Shown in pieces: positions 45,071-57,730 of a stretch of 64,000 bases of DNA. The position numbers and the translations under genes are program-made. How positions within the stretch are numbered: position 1 is the first letter of the stretch; the number at the start of each line of letters is the position of its first letter. Under the pieces are notes generated by a model. It was not told the DNA's origin, searched no databases, and was given only the letters and a program-made list of their open reading frames with translations. The stretch is from positions 834,449-898,448 of the forward strand of contig CAWEYM010000003.1 of the NCBI GenBank assembly GCA_963813325.1. Direction: 5' to 3'. The stretch is from an uncultured Acidobacteriota bacterium (lineage in GTDB: Bacteria; Acidobacteriota; Vicinamibacteria; Vicinamibacterales; JAKQTR01).

Positions 45071-45604
45071 TCATCGGACCGGCGCAGGACGGCCTGCGGT
45101 GAGCGACCCTGGGTGCGGGACGTCGACGCGTCGCGCGCCGAGGAACCGCGCGGCCCAGTAGGCGGCACCGAGGTGTTCCACCCGCACGGCGCCGCGTGAG
45201 TTCGGCGCGTGAATGAAGGCATCGCCGCCGAGCGCGATGCCCACGTGCGAGGGGCCCCCGCCGGTCGTGGCGAAGAACACGAGGTCGCCCGGCTGGATGC
45301 TCTGCGCGTCCACCGGGCGGCCGGCGTCGAACTGGCCCCGCACGCCGCGCGGAACGGCGATCCCGCGCTCCGCGAACACGAACCAGACGAACCCGCTGCA
45401 GTCGAATCCCGCGGGCGACGTGCCGCCGCTCACGTACGGCACGCCCAGGTACGAGCGGGCCGTCGTCGCAATGGCGTCGGTTGGCGGCGCGGGGGCCAGC
45501 CGGGGCGGCAGGACGTGCGGGCCCTGCCGGCCGCCGCTCGCGCAGGCGGCGGCGAGGCCGGCGAGCCCGATCAGCACGACAACCCCGAGCGCTGGCACAC
45601 GCAC
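45071..45604 (-). CDS. C40 family (NlpC/P60) peptidoglycan endopeptidase lipoprotein
   Basis: Lipobox LAAAC, catalytic Cys in GFDCSGFVWFVF, and His in SHVGIALGG. Confidence 0.88.
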   Translation of the reverse strand: MRVPALGVVVLIGLAGLAAACASGGRQGPHVLPPRLAPAPPTDAIATTARSYLGVPYVSGGTSPAGFDCSGFVWFVFAERGIAVPRGVRGQFDAGRPVDAQSIQPGDLVFFATTGGGPSHVGIALGGDAFIHAPNSRGAVRVEHLGAAYWAARFLGARRVDVPHPGSLTAGRPAPVR

Positions 45605-45746
45605 GTCCGGGGTATCGGCGCCAGTCGCTCACCGGTGCACCCCGCGGGTGAAGCGTCCCTCGGCCGCGTGGTACAACCCTAGTGGGCTTAGTGCGTTAGA
45701 CCGTCCGTCGCTTGACACCTCGCGGAGCGTTCGGCACAATGCGCGC

Positions 45747-46280
45747 ATGGAGCAGACGCTCCTCCTCAACGCCTCGTACGAGCCGCTCAAGGTCGTACAC
45801 TGGCAGAAAGCCATCACGCTGTGGTGCCAGGGGAAGGTGGAGATCATCTCGGTCTACGACCGGGAGATCAGGGGCGTCACGATCTCGTTCAAGCTCCCGT
45901 CGGTCATCCGGCTGCTCCGCTACGTGCGGATCAAGCGCCGCTTCGACTACGTGCCGTTCTCGCGGGCCAACATCTACGCGCGCGACGACCACACGTGCCA
46001 GTACTGCGGCGAAGCCCTTCCGACGGGCGAGTTGACGTTCGACCACGTCGTGCCGGTCGCCCAGGGCGGCCGGAAGGACTGGGAGAATATCGTGACCTGC
46101 TGCATCGGCTGCAACCGCAGGAAGGGCGGGCGCACGCCCTACCAGGCCGGCATGCGGCTGGTGCGCATGCCGAGGCGGCCGGAATCGATGCCCGCGCTCC
46201 GGATCACGATCGGGCTCAGGAAGGCGCCCGAGAGCTGGCGCGACTACCTCTACTGGAACCTCGAGCTGGACAACGAGTAG
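45747..46280 (+). CDS. HNH endonuclease
   Basis: Real start is ATG 45747 (MEQTLLLNASYEPL). HNH/zinc motif: CQYCG...FDHVVPVAQGG...NIVTCCIGCNRRKG. Confidence 0.85.
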   Translation: MEQTLLLNASYEPLKVVHWQKAITLWCQGKVEIISVYDREIRGVTISFKLPSVIRLLRYVRIKRRFDYVPFSRANIYARDDHTCQYCGEALPTGELTFDHVVPVAQGGRKDWENIVTCCIGCNRRKGGRTPYQAGMRLVRMPRRPESMPALRITIGLRKAPESWRDYLYWNLELDNE

Positions 46281-46307
46281 CCGAGTCGCCCTGATCCGGA
46301 CCCCAGC

Positions 46308-47327
46308 GTGCCCACTGCTCACCCCCTCCTGACCGCGATTCGCCCGACGATGGCGCTTGTTGGCGCCCGCGTCACGATCGAGGGCGCCAACCTGCCTGGC
46401 GGCGACCACGGCATGCCCGTTGTCCTGGTGGGCGACGTCCCGGCGCGCGTCGTCCTGGCGTCGTCGCACGCGATCCGGTTTCACGTGCCCGAAGGGCTGA
46501 CGGGCGGGCGCCACCGCGTCCGCGTGGATGGAGCCTCGGGTGATGTGTGGCTCGACGTCGGTTCGCCGTTCGCGACCGGCCTGCACCAGGTGGACAACCC
46601 GGTGTTCGATCGCGAGCGCGCGCTCTACGTGACCTACAGCGGTGCGCGCGGGCAGCAGGTGCCGGTCTCGGTGTTCCGCGTGCGGCCCGATGGCGGGCGC
46701 GAGCCCTTCGTCACGGGGATGGTCAACGCGACGTCGATGGCCTTCGACGCGGCCGGCGCGCTCCACGTGTCGAGCCGGTTCGACGGGGCGGTCTACCGGG
46801 TGAGGCCCGACGGACAGTACGATACCGTGGCGACCGAGCTGGGCGTGGCGTGTGGCCTGGCGTTCGCCGCCGACGGGACGATGTTTGTCGGCGACCGGAG
46901 CGGCACCGTGTTTCGTGTCACGGTTGCCGGGCGGGTCGCGCCCTTTGCGACGCTGCCGCCGAGCATCGCGGCCTTCCATCTCGTCCGAGGTCCGGGCGAG
47001 CACTTGTACGTCACCGGCCCGACGTTCGGGACCTACGACGCGGTCTACCGCATCGACCGGCGGGGCGAGGTCACGGTGGTCTCGACCGAGTTCGGCCGCC
47101 CGCAAGGGATGGCGGTGGACGAGCAGGGTCGGCTCCACGTCGTCGACGCGCTGGCCGGGTCGGCGGGATTGTTCCTGGTGCAGGAAGGCCGGCCACGGGA
47201 AATGGTGCTCGCCGCGCCGGCCCTGGTGGGCGTGGCGTTTGACCCGTCCGGGGGCGTCGTCGTGGCGTCCAACGAGACGGCATTCCGGATCGACGCGCCG
47301 ACGAGACCGTGGCGCGGCGACTCCTGA
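46308..47327 (+). CDS. IPT/TIG domain plus beta-propeller (NHL/SMP-30-like) repeat protein
   Basis: The N-terminus is TIG-like (GARVTIEGANL...VLVGDVPARVV). Repeated blade-like segments follow (GLAFAADGTMFVGD, GMAVDEQGRLHVVD, GVAFDPSGGVVVAS). Confidence 0.65.
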   Translation: MPTAHPLLTAIRPTMALVGARVTIEGANLPGGDHGMPVVLVGDVPARVVLASSHAIRFHVPEGLTGGRHRVRVDGASGDVWLDVGSPFATGLHQVDNPVFDRERALYVTYSGARGQQVPVSVFRVRPDGGREPFVTGMVNATSMAFDAAGALHVSSRFDGAVYRVRPDGQYDTVATELGVACGLAFAADGTMFVGDRSGTVFRVTVAGRVAPFATLPPSIAAFHLVRGPGEHLYVTGPTFGTYDAVYRIDRRGEVTVVSTEFGRPQGMAVDEQGRLHVVDALAGSAGLFLVQEGRPREMVLAAPALVGVAFDPSGGVVVASNETAFRIDAPTRPWRGDS

Positions 47328-47379
47328 GGATCCGCGTCTCCGGTTTCGTCGCACTGATCGGCATCGCGCAAGGAGACCC

Positions 47380-48918
47380 ATGTCGCATCTGTTCGCAGTC
47401 AAGTCGCTCGACCGGCTGGTCGGGGAGACCCGGGACCCGGGTCATGAGCTCAAGCGGACGCTGGGCCCCGTCCAGCTGACGGCGCTCGGCATCGGCGCCA
47501 TCATCGGCGCGGGCATTTTCTCGTCGGTCGGGTCGGCGGCAGCCGGCGGCGCCGAACATCTGGGCGCCGGGCCGGCCGTGGCGCTGTCGTTCGTGCTGAC
47601 GGCGGTCGCCTGCGGCTTCGCGGCGCTGTGCTACGCGGAGTTCGCGGCCATGGTGCCGGTGGCGGGGTCGGCGTACACCTACGCCTACGCCACGCTGGGC
47701 GAACTGGTCGCGTGGATCATCGGGTGGGATCTGATTCTCGAGTACGCGATCGGGAATGTCGCGGTCGCCGTTTCCTGGTCCGGGTATTTCCAGGAGTTGC
47801 TCCGGGGCCTGGGCGTCGGGTGGCCCGAGTGGCTCGGGACCGACTTCAGGTCGGCCGGCCAGGCGGCCCGCCAGCTGGCGGAGCTGACGGCGGCCGGCGG
47901 GGACGTGTCCACCCTGAGCGGCGTCGTCCAACAGGCGGCGCAGGCCTTCAACACCGCGCCGCGTATCTTCGGGGTGCCGCTCATCCTCGACGCGCCGGCC
48001 TTCCTGATCGTCGCGCTGGTCACCTGGGTCCTCGTGCGCGGGATCAGCGAGAGCGCGTGGCTGAACTCGTCGATGGTCGCGTTGAAGCTGGCGATCATCG
48101 CGTTCTTCGTCATCGTCGGCGCCTTCTACGTGAAACCCGAGAACTGGACGCCGTTCGCGCCCAACGGGTTCCGGGGCATCTCGAGCGCGGCGGCGATCAT
48201 CTTCTTCGCGTACATCGGCTTCGATGCCGTGTCGACCGCGGCCGAGGAAACACGCAACCCGCAGCGCGACATGCCGATCGCGATGATCGCGAGCCTGGTG
48301 ATCTGCACGATCATCTATCTCCTCGTGGCCGTCGTGCTCACGGGCCTGCTCAAGTGGGATCAGCTGGGCACCGCCGAGCCGCTGGCCACGGCCTTCTCGG
48401 CGCTGGGGATGCACTGGGCCGCGGGGATCATCTCGCTCGGGGCCGTGTTCGCGACGACGTCGGTCCTGGTGGTGTTCCAGCTCGGCCAGCCGCGCATCTT
48501 CTTCTCGATGGCGCGCGACGGCCTGCTGCCGCAGTGGGCGGCGAAGGTGCACCCGAAGTACCGGACGCCGTACGTCACCACGATCCTGACGGGCGGGGTC
48601 GTGGCGACGTTCGCGACGTTCCTCAACATCAACGAAGTGGTCGAGTTGACCAACATCGGCACCCTGTTCGCGTTCGTGCTGGTGGCCCTCGGGGTGGTCG
48701 TGCTGCGGCACACGAATCCCGACCGGCACCGCCCGTTCCGCACGCCGCTCGTGCCCTGGGTGCCGCTGGGGGCGGCGCTGATGTGCGGCTACCTGATGCT
48801 TCAGTTGCCCTGGGTCACGTGGGTCCGCTTCGTCATCTGGCTGGCGGTCGGGCTGCTGGTCTACTTCCTCTACGGTGTGCGGCACAGCCTGCTGCGCAAC
48901 GCGGGCGCAGAGAAGTGA
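47380..48918 (+). CDS. APC superfamily amino acid permease (cationic amino acid transporter-like)
   Basis: ATG 47380 with AAGGAG upstream. Features are LTALGIGAIIGAGIF and AGSAYTYAYATLGE, with about 12 or more TM segments. Confidence 0.88.
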   Translation: MSHLFAVKSLDRLVGETRDPGHELKRTLGPVQLTALGIGAIIGAGIFSSVGSAAAGGAEHLGAGPAVALSFVLTAVACGFAALCYAEFAAMVPVAGSAYTYAYATLGELVAWIIGWDLILEYAIGNVAVAVSWSGYFQELLRGLGVGWPEWLGTDFRSAGQAARQLAELTAAGGDVSTLSGVVQQAAQAFNTAPRIFGVPLILDAPAFLIVALVTWVLVRGISESAWLNSSMVALKLAIIAFFVIVGAFYVKPENWTPFAPNGFRGISSAAAIIFFAYIGFDAVSTAAEETRNPQRDMPIAMIASLVICTIIYLLVAVVLTGLLKWDQLGTAEPLATAFSALGMHWAAGIISLGAVFATTSVLVVFQLGQPRIFFSMARDGLLPQWAAKVHPKYRTPYVTTILTGGVVATFATFLNINEVVELTNIGTLFAFVLVALGVVVLRHTNPDRHRPFRTPLVPWVPLGAALMCGYLMLQLPWVTWVRFVIWLAVGLLVYFLYGVRHSLLRNAGAEK

Positions 48919-48935
48919 TGAGTTGTCAGGTGTCA

Positions 48936-49086
48936 GGGCCTTCCACGCCGTAGCCCCGGGCCTTCCACGTCGCGGCCCCGGGCCTTCCACGTCGTAGCCC
49001 CGGGCCTTCCACGTCGTAGCCCCGGGCCTTCCACGTCGCGGCCCCGGGCCTTACACGTCGTAGCCCCGGGCCTTCAGGCCCGGGGG
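48936..49086. repeat. 22-bp tandem repeat, 6 full units plus one partial (consensus GGGCCTTCCACGTCGTAGCCCC)
   Basis: Units start at 48936, 48958, 48980, 49002, 49024, 49046 and 49068 (partial). Each differs from consensus by 0-2 nt. The array is intergenic, and a period of 22 is not a multiple of 3. Confidence 0.9.
49064..49085 (+). terminator. hairpin formed by the last repeat unit (candidate terminator of the permease gene)
   Basis: CCCCGGGCC-TTCA-GGCCCGGGG forms a 9-bp perfect stem. There is no U-tract. Confidence 0.3.
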
Positions 49087-49247
49087 ACGCCTGACTGCGT
49101 GCAGGCCGGGCGTTCCTGTCGGCGGACAGATCGACAGCTGGTCCGAAACAGCGCGCCCGGTGTCTATTCAAGTAGACGGACTCCCTGGCCAGGGTCGGCG
49201 TTCTCGGCGACACGAGCCACGCACTCCATCACGAGGAGGGTAGACCC

Positions 49248-49958
49248 ATGGCCCGGGACCTGTTCGGAGACGTCGTCCGATCGTCGATCACCCTGGGCAG
49301 CCGGAAGTGGTACACGCTTCCGCTGTCGATGCTCGTCCACACCCTCGCCATCGCGGTGGTGGTCGTCGTTCCGCTGATGGCGGTCGACGTGCTGCCCACG
49401 CCGCCGGCCATGCTCGCGTTCCTGACCGCCGCGCCGCCACCTCCTTCGCCGCCCGCGCAGCCGCCTCCGCGATCAGTCCCGCACCCGGCGCCGGCCGTTG
49501 CGAGCGATCCGTCGGCGGCGCCGACTGAGGCGCCGTCAACGATCCGCCCGGAAAGCGGGCTCGAGATCAGCCCCGCCGACGTGCTCGCCGTCGAGGGCGC
49601 GCCGACCGACAGGCTCGAGGGCGGCTCCATCAGCGTCGCGCCCGAGGCGCCGCCTGCTCCACCGCCGGTGGCGCCGGTGCCGGTCGGAGGGAAGATCCAA
49701 CCGCCGGACAGGATCCGGAACGTGGCGCCTGTCTACCCGGCCATCGCGCAGCAGGCGCGCGTGCAGGGGACGGTGATCATCCAGGCGGTGATTGGACCTG
49801 ACGGCAAGGTGCGGGACACGCAGATCCTGCGGTCGATCCCGCTGCTCGACGACGCGGCGGTAGACGCCGTGCGGCGGTGGGAATACACGCCGACGCTGCT
49901 CAACGGGGTGCCAGTGCCCGTCATCATGACGGTGACCGTGATATTCACGCTGAAGTAG
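49248..49958 (+). CDS. tonB: energy transducer TonB family protein
   Basis: N-terminal TM anchor, a Pro-rich spacer (PPPPSPPAQPPP), and a C-terminal TonB domain (YPAIAQQARVQGTVIIQAVIGPDGKV...RRWEYTP). Confidence 0.88.
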   Translation: MARDLFGDVVRSSITLGSRKWYTLPLSMLVHTLAIAVVVVVPLMAVDVLPTPPAMLAFLTAAPPPPSPPAQPPPRSVPHPAPAVASDPSAAPTEAPSTIRPESGLEISPADVLAVEGAPTDRLEGGSISVAPEAPPAPPPVAPVPVGGKIQPPDRIRNVAPVYPAIAQQARVQGTVIIQAVIGPDGKVRDTQILRSIPLLDDAAVDAVRRWEYTPTLLNGVPVPVIMTVTVIFTLK

Positions 49959-49985
49959 GGGAGTTGTCTGATGCCTGACTTCGTC

Positions 49986-50807
49986 TCAGGCCGTGTCGGC
50001 CCAGAAGCGTGCGAGCAGGTTGGCGGCGACGCGGCGGCGGTACGCCGCCGTTGACCGGAGATCGTCGATGGGCGAGATGTCGTCCTGCAGCAGGCGCTGT
50101 GCCTCGACGATCGGCGCGCCGGCCGCCAGCGCCTCCTCGGCGCGTCGGGCGCGGATCACGGTGGGCGCGACGCTGCCGAGGGCGATGCGCGGGCCTCCCG
50201 GCGCCCGCACCCCCGCCATCACGACCTTCGAGATCGATTGCGCCGCGCGCGTGCCGACCTTGCGGAACCACTGCGCGCCCTCGATGCGCGGCACCTCGAC
50301 CGCGACGATGAGCTCGTCGGGCCGCATCAGCGAGCGCCGGTAGCCGGTGTAGAACGCGGTGAAGGGCACGCGCCGGATGCCATCGGCGCTGCGCAACTCG
50401 ACGATCGCGTCGGCAGCGGCAAAGACGGGGAGCGAGTCGCCGGCGGGTGACCCGTTCGCGATGTTGCCGCCGATGGTTCCGCGGTTCTGGATCTGCACTC
50501 CACCGATCTGGAGCGCCGCCGCCGCCAGCATCGGCAGGTGCCGCCGAACGAGCGGGGCGCGGGCGACCTGTGTCCAGGTGCAGAGGGCGCCGAGGCGCAG
50601 GCCTTCGCCGGCGGCCTCGATGCGACGCAATGAGCCGAGCCGCCAGAGGTTGAGGTAGCGCGGCGCGGGCGGCGCGCCGGCGTTGAGCCCCACGTACACG
50701 TCGGTGCAGCCGGCCAGCGGTACGGCCGGCTGGTCGCGCAGCAGGCGAAGCGCAGCACGCAGCGTGCGGGGTTCGAGCACGATCCCGGGCGACAGGGCCG
50801 CCCTCAT
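49986..50807 (-). CDS. molybdenum hydroxylase FAD-binding subunit (CoxM/XdhB-like)
   Basis: Start at ATG 50807 (MRAALSPGIVLEPRTL), overlapping the small-subunit stop. FAD motif GGTIGGNIANGSPAGD. Confidence 0.85.
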   Translation of the reverse strand: MRAALSPGIVLEPRTLRAALRLLRDQPAVPLAGCTDVYVGLNAGAPPAPRYLNLWRLGSLRRIEAAGEGLRLGALCTWTQVARAPLVRRHLPMLAAAALQIGGVQIQNRGTIGGNIANGSPAGDSLPVFAAADAIVELRSADGIRRVPFTAFYTGYRRSLMRPDELIVAVEVPRIEGAQWFRKVGTRAAQSISKVVMAGVRAPGGPRIALGSVAPTVIRARRAEEALAAGAPIVEAQRLLQDDISPIDDLRSTAAYRRRVAANLLARFWADTA

Positions 50808-51382
50808 CGACGTCCCCGAGAGGCCGGGCGTGCCTGGCGCGGTTGCCGAGCGCCGGGCTGGCGGCTGGCGTTCGTCGGCGCCGTGCGGGACGCCTTGCGG
50901 GCCGGCGCGGATCGGGCCCTGGGCGCCCGCCTGGCGGGCGCGCGCTGCCGCGCCGCCTGGATCGCCCGGTAGATGCCCATGTAGCCCGTGCAGCGGCACA
51001 GGTTGCCGGCCAGGCCCGTGCGCACCTCGTCGAGCGTGGGATTGGGGCCCAGCGCCACTGCCGCCATGATCATGCCGGGCGTGCAGATGCCGCACTGCGC
51101 GCCGCCCTCGGTCACGAAGGTCCGCTGCAGCGGGTGCCGTCCCTCGAGTCCTTCGATGGTCAGGACCGCGGCGCCGCGCACCTGGACGACCGGCACCAGG
51201 CAGGCATTCACTGCCTCGCCGTTCACGACCACCGTGCAGGCGCCGCACTCGCCCTCACCGCAGCCCTCCTTGGTGCCCGTGAGACCGCAGTCCTCGCGCA
51301 GCACGTCGAGCAGGCGCTTGAGCGGCGGCACGCGCACGGCGGCCGGGCGGCCGTTCAAGGTGAACCGGATCGGCGGGGTCAT
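50804..51382 (-). CDS. molybdenum hydroxylase (2Fe-2S) small subunit (CoxS-like) with Arg/Pro/Ala-rich C-terminal tail
   Basis: Cluster motifs are CGEGECGACTV, GAQCGICTPGM and CRCTGY. The last 45 aa or so are a low-complexity basic tail. Confidence 0.88.
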   Translation of the reverse strand: MTPPIRFTLNGRPAAVRVPPLKRLLDVLREDCGLTGTKEGCGEGECGACTVVVNGEAVNACLVPVVQVRGAAVLTIEGLEGRHPLQRTFVTEGGAQCGICTPGMIMAAVALGPNPTLDEVRTGLAGNLCRCTGYMGIYRAIQAARQRAPARRAPRARSAPARKASRTAPTNASRQPGARQPRQARPASRGRR

Positions 51383-53529
51383 GGCCGCGCCGCCTTGCGG
51401 GTCGCGGCGCGGCGGCCGCGCTCCAGCCGGGACGCACTCATGATCCGCTCAGGGGTGGCCGGCACCTCGCGCACGTCGAAGCCGGCGTGCCGGATCGCGT
51501 TGACCACGGCGGCGGCCACGCCGTCGAACGGCAGCTCGCCGACGCCCTTGGCCCCGAAGGGCCCGTTCCTGTACGCCCGCTCGATCACGGCCACGTCGAT
51601 CGGCGGCACGTCGAGCGTGGTCGGGATGATGTAGTTCGTGAGCTGGGCATTGCTCATCCGGCCGTCCTGCATGACGACCTCCTCGAGCAGGGCGTGGCCC
51701 AGGCCCTGCACGGTGCCGCCCTCGATCTGTCCGCGCACCCCCATCGGATACAGGGCCTTGCCGATCTCCTCGACGGCCGTGACGTGCAGGGGCCGCGCCT
51801 CGCACGTGTCGGCGTCGACGTCGACTTCCACGACGTCGCATGCCCAGCCGTACGAGCCGTACGCCGCACCGCGGTACCGCTCCTCGTCCCATTCGAGCCC
51901 GGGCGGCCGTTCGTATTCACGGGTGACGACGAGCGGGCCGTGGCGCCGCAGGTACTGCCGGGGCGTGAGGCCGTCCAGCCGCCGGCGCATCTCCTGCGCG
52001 CAGCGCCGGAGGATCCCGCCGACCACCATCGTCGTGCGGGACGCGACGGTCGGGCCGCTGTCCAGCACGGTCGCCGTATCGACCGGGGCGACCTCCACGC
52101 GTTCGTAGGGGATCCCAAGCGTGTCGGCCACGATCTGGGCGTGCACGGTGCGGGAACCCTGGCCGATCTCGGCGCTGGCCACGTGGATGCGCGCGCCCGT
52201 GGGGATGAGCTCGAGGGTCGCCTTCGACGCGAGCTTCACCTCGCCGCTGCCCGTGAAGCCGGCGCCGTGGAAGAACAGCGACAGGCCGATGCCGCGCGTG
52301 GTGCCCGCGTACGCCCGGCGCTTGCGGCGGAAGTCGCTCCGCTTCACGGCCTCCCGCAGCACCTGGAACGCGCTCGTGTCGCGGCCGAGCGTCTGGCCGG
52401 TCGCCGTCACGTCCCCGGCACGCAGCGCGTTGATCTCGCGCAGCCGGACCGGGTCCATCCCGAGCACCTCGGCGATGCGCTCCATCTGAACCTCGGCCGC
52501 GAACTGGGTCTGCGGGGCGCCGAACCCGCGGAACGCGCCATTGGGCGGCGTGTTGGTCATCACGACCCGGCCCGACACGCGCACGTGATCGCACCGGTAG
52601 GGTCCTGTCGCGTGGATCGCGCCGCGCGACAGCACGACCGGGCTCAGCGTGCAGTAGGCGCCCCCGTCGAGCAGGACCTCCACGTCGATCGCGGTCAGCC
52701 GGCCATCCCGCGTCACGCCCGTCCGGTGGCGCACGATGGACGGGTGGCGCTTGGTCGTGGCCGCCAGGTCTTCCATCCGGTCGTAGATCAGCTTGACCGG
52801 CCGCCCGGACTTCAGGGCCAGCAGGCTGGCATGACCGGCGACGATCGACGGGTACTCCTCCTTCCCGCCAAACCCCCCGCCCGTTTCCGCCTGCACGACG
52901 CGCACCTTGCCGGCGGGCAGGCCGAGCAGCACGCACAGCGCGCGGTGCACGTAGTAGGGGCACTGCAACGAACCGTAGACGGTGATGCCGCCGCCCTCCT
53001 CCGGCACGGCCAGCATGCCCTGCGGCTCGATGTACAACTGCTCCTGGTGGCCGGTCCGGTACTCGCCCTCGACGACGAGGTCGGCCCCGCGGAGCCCGTC
53101 GTCGATCCGGCCCTTCTCGATCAGGACCTCTTTGAACGTCACCGGCGACTCCGCCGGGTCGAACACCGGGGTCCGCGGGCGGTACTCGATCTCCACGCGC
53201 GCCCGCCCCAGCCGCTCGCGGTCGCCGTGGGCGAGCAGCAGGATGGGCTCGGCGGCATGGCGCACCTCCCCGGCTGCGAGGCACGGCTGGTCGTCGATGA
53301 TGCCGGCGACGACGTTGCGGCCGGGTATGTCGCAGGCCTCGACCACGGTGAAGTCGCGGGCGTCGAAATCGAGATGGATGCGGGCGATGTCACCCCGCGG
53401 GATGGTCGACCTGACCGTCCGGCCGTAGATCAGCCCCTGGCGGGACAGATCGTCGACGTACCGGGCCAGCCCGGAGGTCTTGTGGAACCCGTCCTTGCGC
53501 GTGACGTTCCGACCGACGGCGCGCGGCAT
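51379..53529 (-). CDS. molybdopterin-binding large subunit of xanthine dehydrogenase/aldehyde oxidoreductase family (CoxL-like)
   Basis: 716 aa with [21 protein letters not shown] and [11 protein letters not shown]. The stop overlaps the small-subunit start. Confidence 0.9.
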   Translation of the reverse strand: MPRAVGRNVTRKDGFHKTSGLARYVDDLSRQGLIYGRTVRSTIPRGDIARIHLDFDARDFTVVEACDIPGRNVVAGIIDDQPCLAAGEVRHAAEPILLLAHGDRERLGRARVEIEYRPRTPVFDPAESPVTFKEVLIEKGRIDDGLRGADLVVEGEYRTGHQEQLYIEPQGMLAVPEEGGGITVYGSLQCPYYVHRALCVLLGLPAGKVRVVQAETGGGFGGKEEYPSIVAGHASLLALKSGRPVKLIYDRMEDLAATTKRHPSIVRHRTGVTRDGRLTAIDVEVLLDGGAYCTLSPVVLSRGAIHATGPYRCDHVRVSGRVVMTNTPPNGAFRGFGAPQTQFAAEVQMERIAEVLGMDPVRLREINALRAGDVTATGQTLGRDTSAFQVLREAVKRSDFRRKRRAYAGTTRGIGLSLFFHGAGFTGSGEVKLASKATLELIPTGARIHVASAEIGQGSRTVHAQIVADTLGIPYERVEVAPVDTATVLDSGPTVASRTTMVVGGILRRCAQEMRRRLDGLTPRQYLRRHGPLVVTREYERPPGLEWDEERYRGAAYGSYGWACDVVEVDVDADTCEARPLHVTAVEEIGKALYPMGVRGQIEGGTVQGLGHALLEEVVMQDGRMSNAQLTNYIIPTTLDVPPIDVAVIERAYRNGPFGAKGVGELPFDGVAAAVVNAIRHAGFDVREVPATPERIMSASRLERGRRAATRKAARP

Positions 53530-53613
53530 GCGGCCTCCCCGGGGCCTGGTGCAAGCTCGCCCGCGCCGCGGCCGGGGCGGGCGGGGCTTGCCGGATTATA
53601 CCGTGCGGCGTGG

Positions 53614-53619
53614 TAGAAT
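53614..53619 (+). promoter_or_regulatory. candidate -10 box TAGAAT upstream of uvrA
   Basis: TGGTAGAAT lies in the divergent intergenic region. TTGCCG sits 20 nt upstream, which is too far for a canonical -35. Confidence 0.25.
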
Positions 53620-53684
53620 TGACCTTTTGGACAGGAGCGGATGAGGCCCGCAGTGCGGCCGGGAGCCGCGCCGGGCACGCCGGG

Positions 53685-56552
<2,868 letters not shown>

Positions 56553-56553
56553 C

Positions 56554-56569
56554 CGGCCCGGAAGGGCCG
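56554..56569 (+). terminator. small hairpin directly after the uvrA stop
   Basis: CGGCCC-GGAA-GGGCCG, beginning 2 nt after TAG 56550-56552. There is no U-tract. Confidence 0.3.
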
Positions 56570-56799
56570 CCAGCGGTGTGGTTCAGTGGCCACAGCTGTC
56601 TGGAATTCTGGTGTGGCTGGGCGGCCACAAGTCGCGGTTTCCAGGCGATTTCCGACACGTGCTTTAGCAAGATAAAGTCTTTTCTAATATATATTTAGAT
56701 GATATGGTGTGGGGATGTTCCTAGCGGAATGGCGCTTGCTTCAACAGGCAGAGCGTCGAGGGACCCCCCACTCTGGCGCGTGCGGCGGATTCGAACATC

Positions 56800-57702
56800 A
56801 TGATGGATGCACAGCGGACTCTTAAGCGGCAGATAGCGTGCGCGGGCATCGGCCTTCATTCCGGCAACAAAGTCACCCTCACCCTCAAGCCTGCGCCTGC
56901 TGACTCCGGGATCCGGTTCCGGCGTGTGGACCTCGGCGGCGCGGACATCCCCGCGTCCCTGCTGAACCTGTCGGCGACCAACCACGCGACGGGGCTCAAG
57001 CGGGACGAGGCGACGGTCGACACCATCGAGCACCTGCTGGCGGCCCTGGTCAGTCTGGGGATCGACAACGTGGTGGTCGAGCTCGACCACCCGGAAGTGC
57101 CGATCATGGACGGCAGCGCGGCACCGTTCGTGTACCTCATCCAGGAAGCGGGGGTGCGGTCGCTCGGCGTGTCCCGCAAGTACCTCAAGGTGATGCGTCC
57201 GGTCACCGTCTCGCGTGGCGACAAGCTGATGTCGCTGTATCCGGCGGAGCAGTTCAAGATCACCTACAGCATCAGCTTCGACCACCCGCTGCTTCGCCAC
57301 CAGGCCCACACCCTCCAGGTCACCGAGGACTCGTTCATCGACGAGATCGCGCCGGCCCGGACCTTCGGCTTCCTGCACGAGGTCGAGTTGCTGCGCCAGC
57401 AGGGCCTCACGCTGGGCGGATCGCTCGAGAACGCCATCGTGCTGAGCGAAACGGGCGTGCTGAACAACCAGCTGCGCTTCGAAGACGAGTTCGTGCGCCA
57501 CAAGATGCTGGACGCCATCGGCGACCTGGCGCTGCTCGGGTACCCGATCATCGGCCACGTGGTGGCCCACCGGGCCGGACACGCCCTGCACACGGCTGTC
57601 GCGAGGCGGGTGCTGGACGAGCCGGATGCCTGGAAGCTCGTGGAAGCGGCCCCGGCGGGGGCGCGCGCCGAGGTGCCGGTCGCGGTGGCCGTCAAGATCT
57701 GA
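56800..57702 (+). CDS. lpxC: UDP-3-O-acyl-N-acetylglucosamine deacetylase
   Basis: N-terminus TLKRQIACAGIGLHSGNKVTLTLKPAP..GIRF, with conserved HKMLDAIGDLAL. Confidence 0.94.
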   Translation: MMDAQRTLKRQIACAGIGLHSGNKVTLTLKPAPADSGIRFRRVDLGGADIPASLLNLSATNHATGLKRDEATVDTIEHLLAALVSLGIDNVVVELDHPEVPIMDGSAAPFVYLIQEAGVRSLGVSRKYLKVMRPVTVSRGDKLMSLYPAEQFKITYSISFDHPLLRHQAHTLQVTEDSFIDEIAPARTFGFLHEVELLRQQGLTLGGSLENAIVLSETGVLNNQLRFEDEFVRHKMLDAIGDLALLGYPIIGHVVAHRAGHALHTAVARRVLDEPDAWKLVEAAPAGARAEVPVAVAVKI

Positions 57703-57730
57703 ACGACCGGCGGAATCGACCTTCGAGACC

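Noticed and set aside
45747-46280. The HNH endonuclease as a marker of a defence island or mobile intron.
   Set aside because: It is a stand-alone ~177-aa HNH protein flanked by ordinary genes (NlpC/P60 peptidase, beta-propeller protein). There are no methyltransferase, helicase, integrase or repeat features nearby.
48926-49213. Minus-strand ORF of 95 aa spanning the 22-bp tandem repeat.
   Set aside because: The period of 22 is not divisible by 3, so the repeat is read in rotating frames (PGPEGPGLRRVRPGAATWKARGYDVEG...). It has no start context or motifs.
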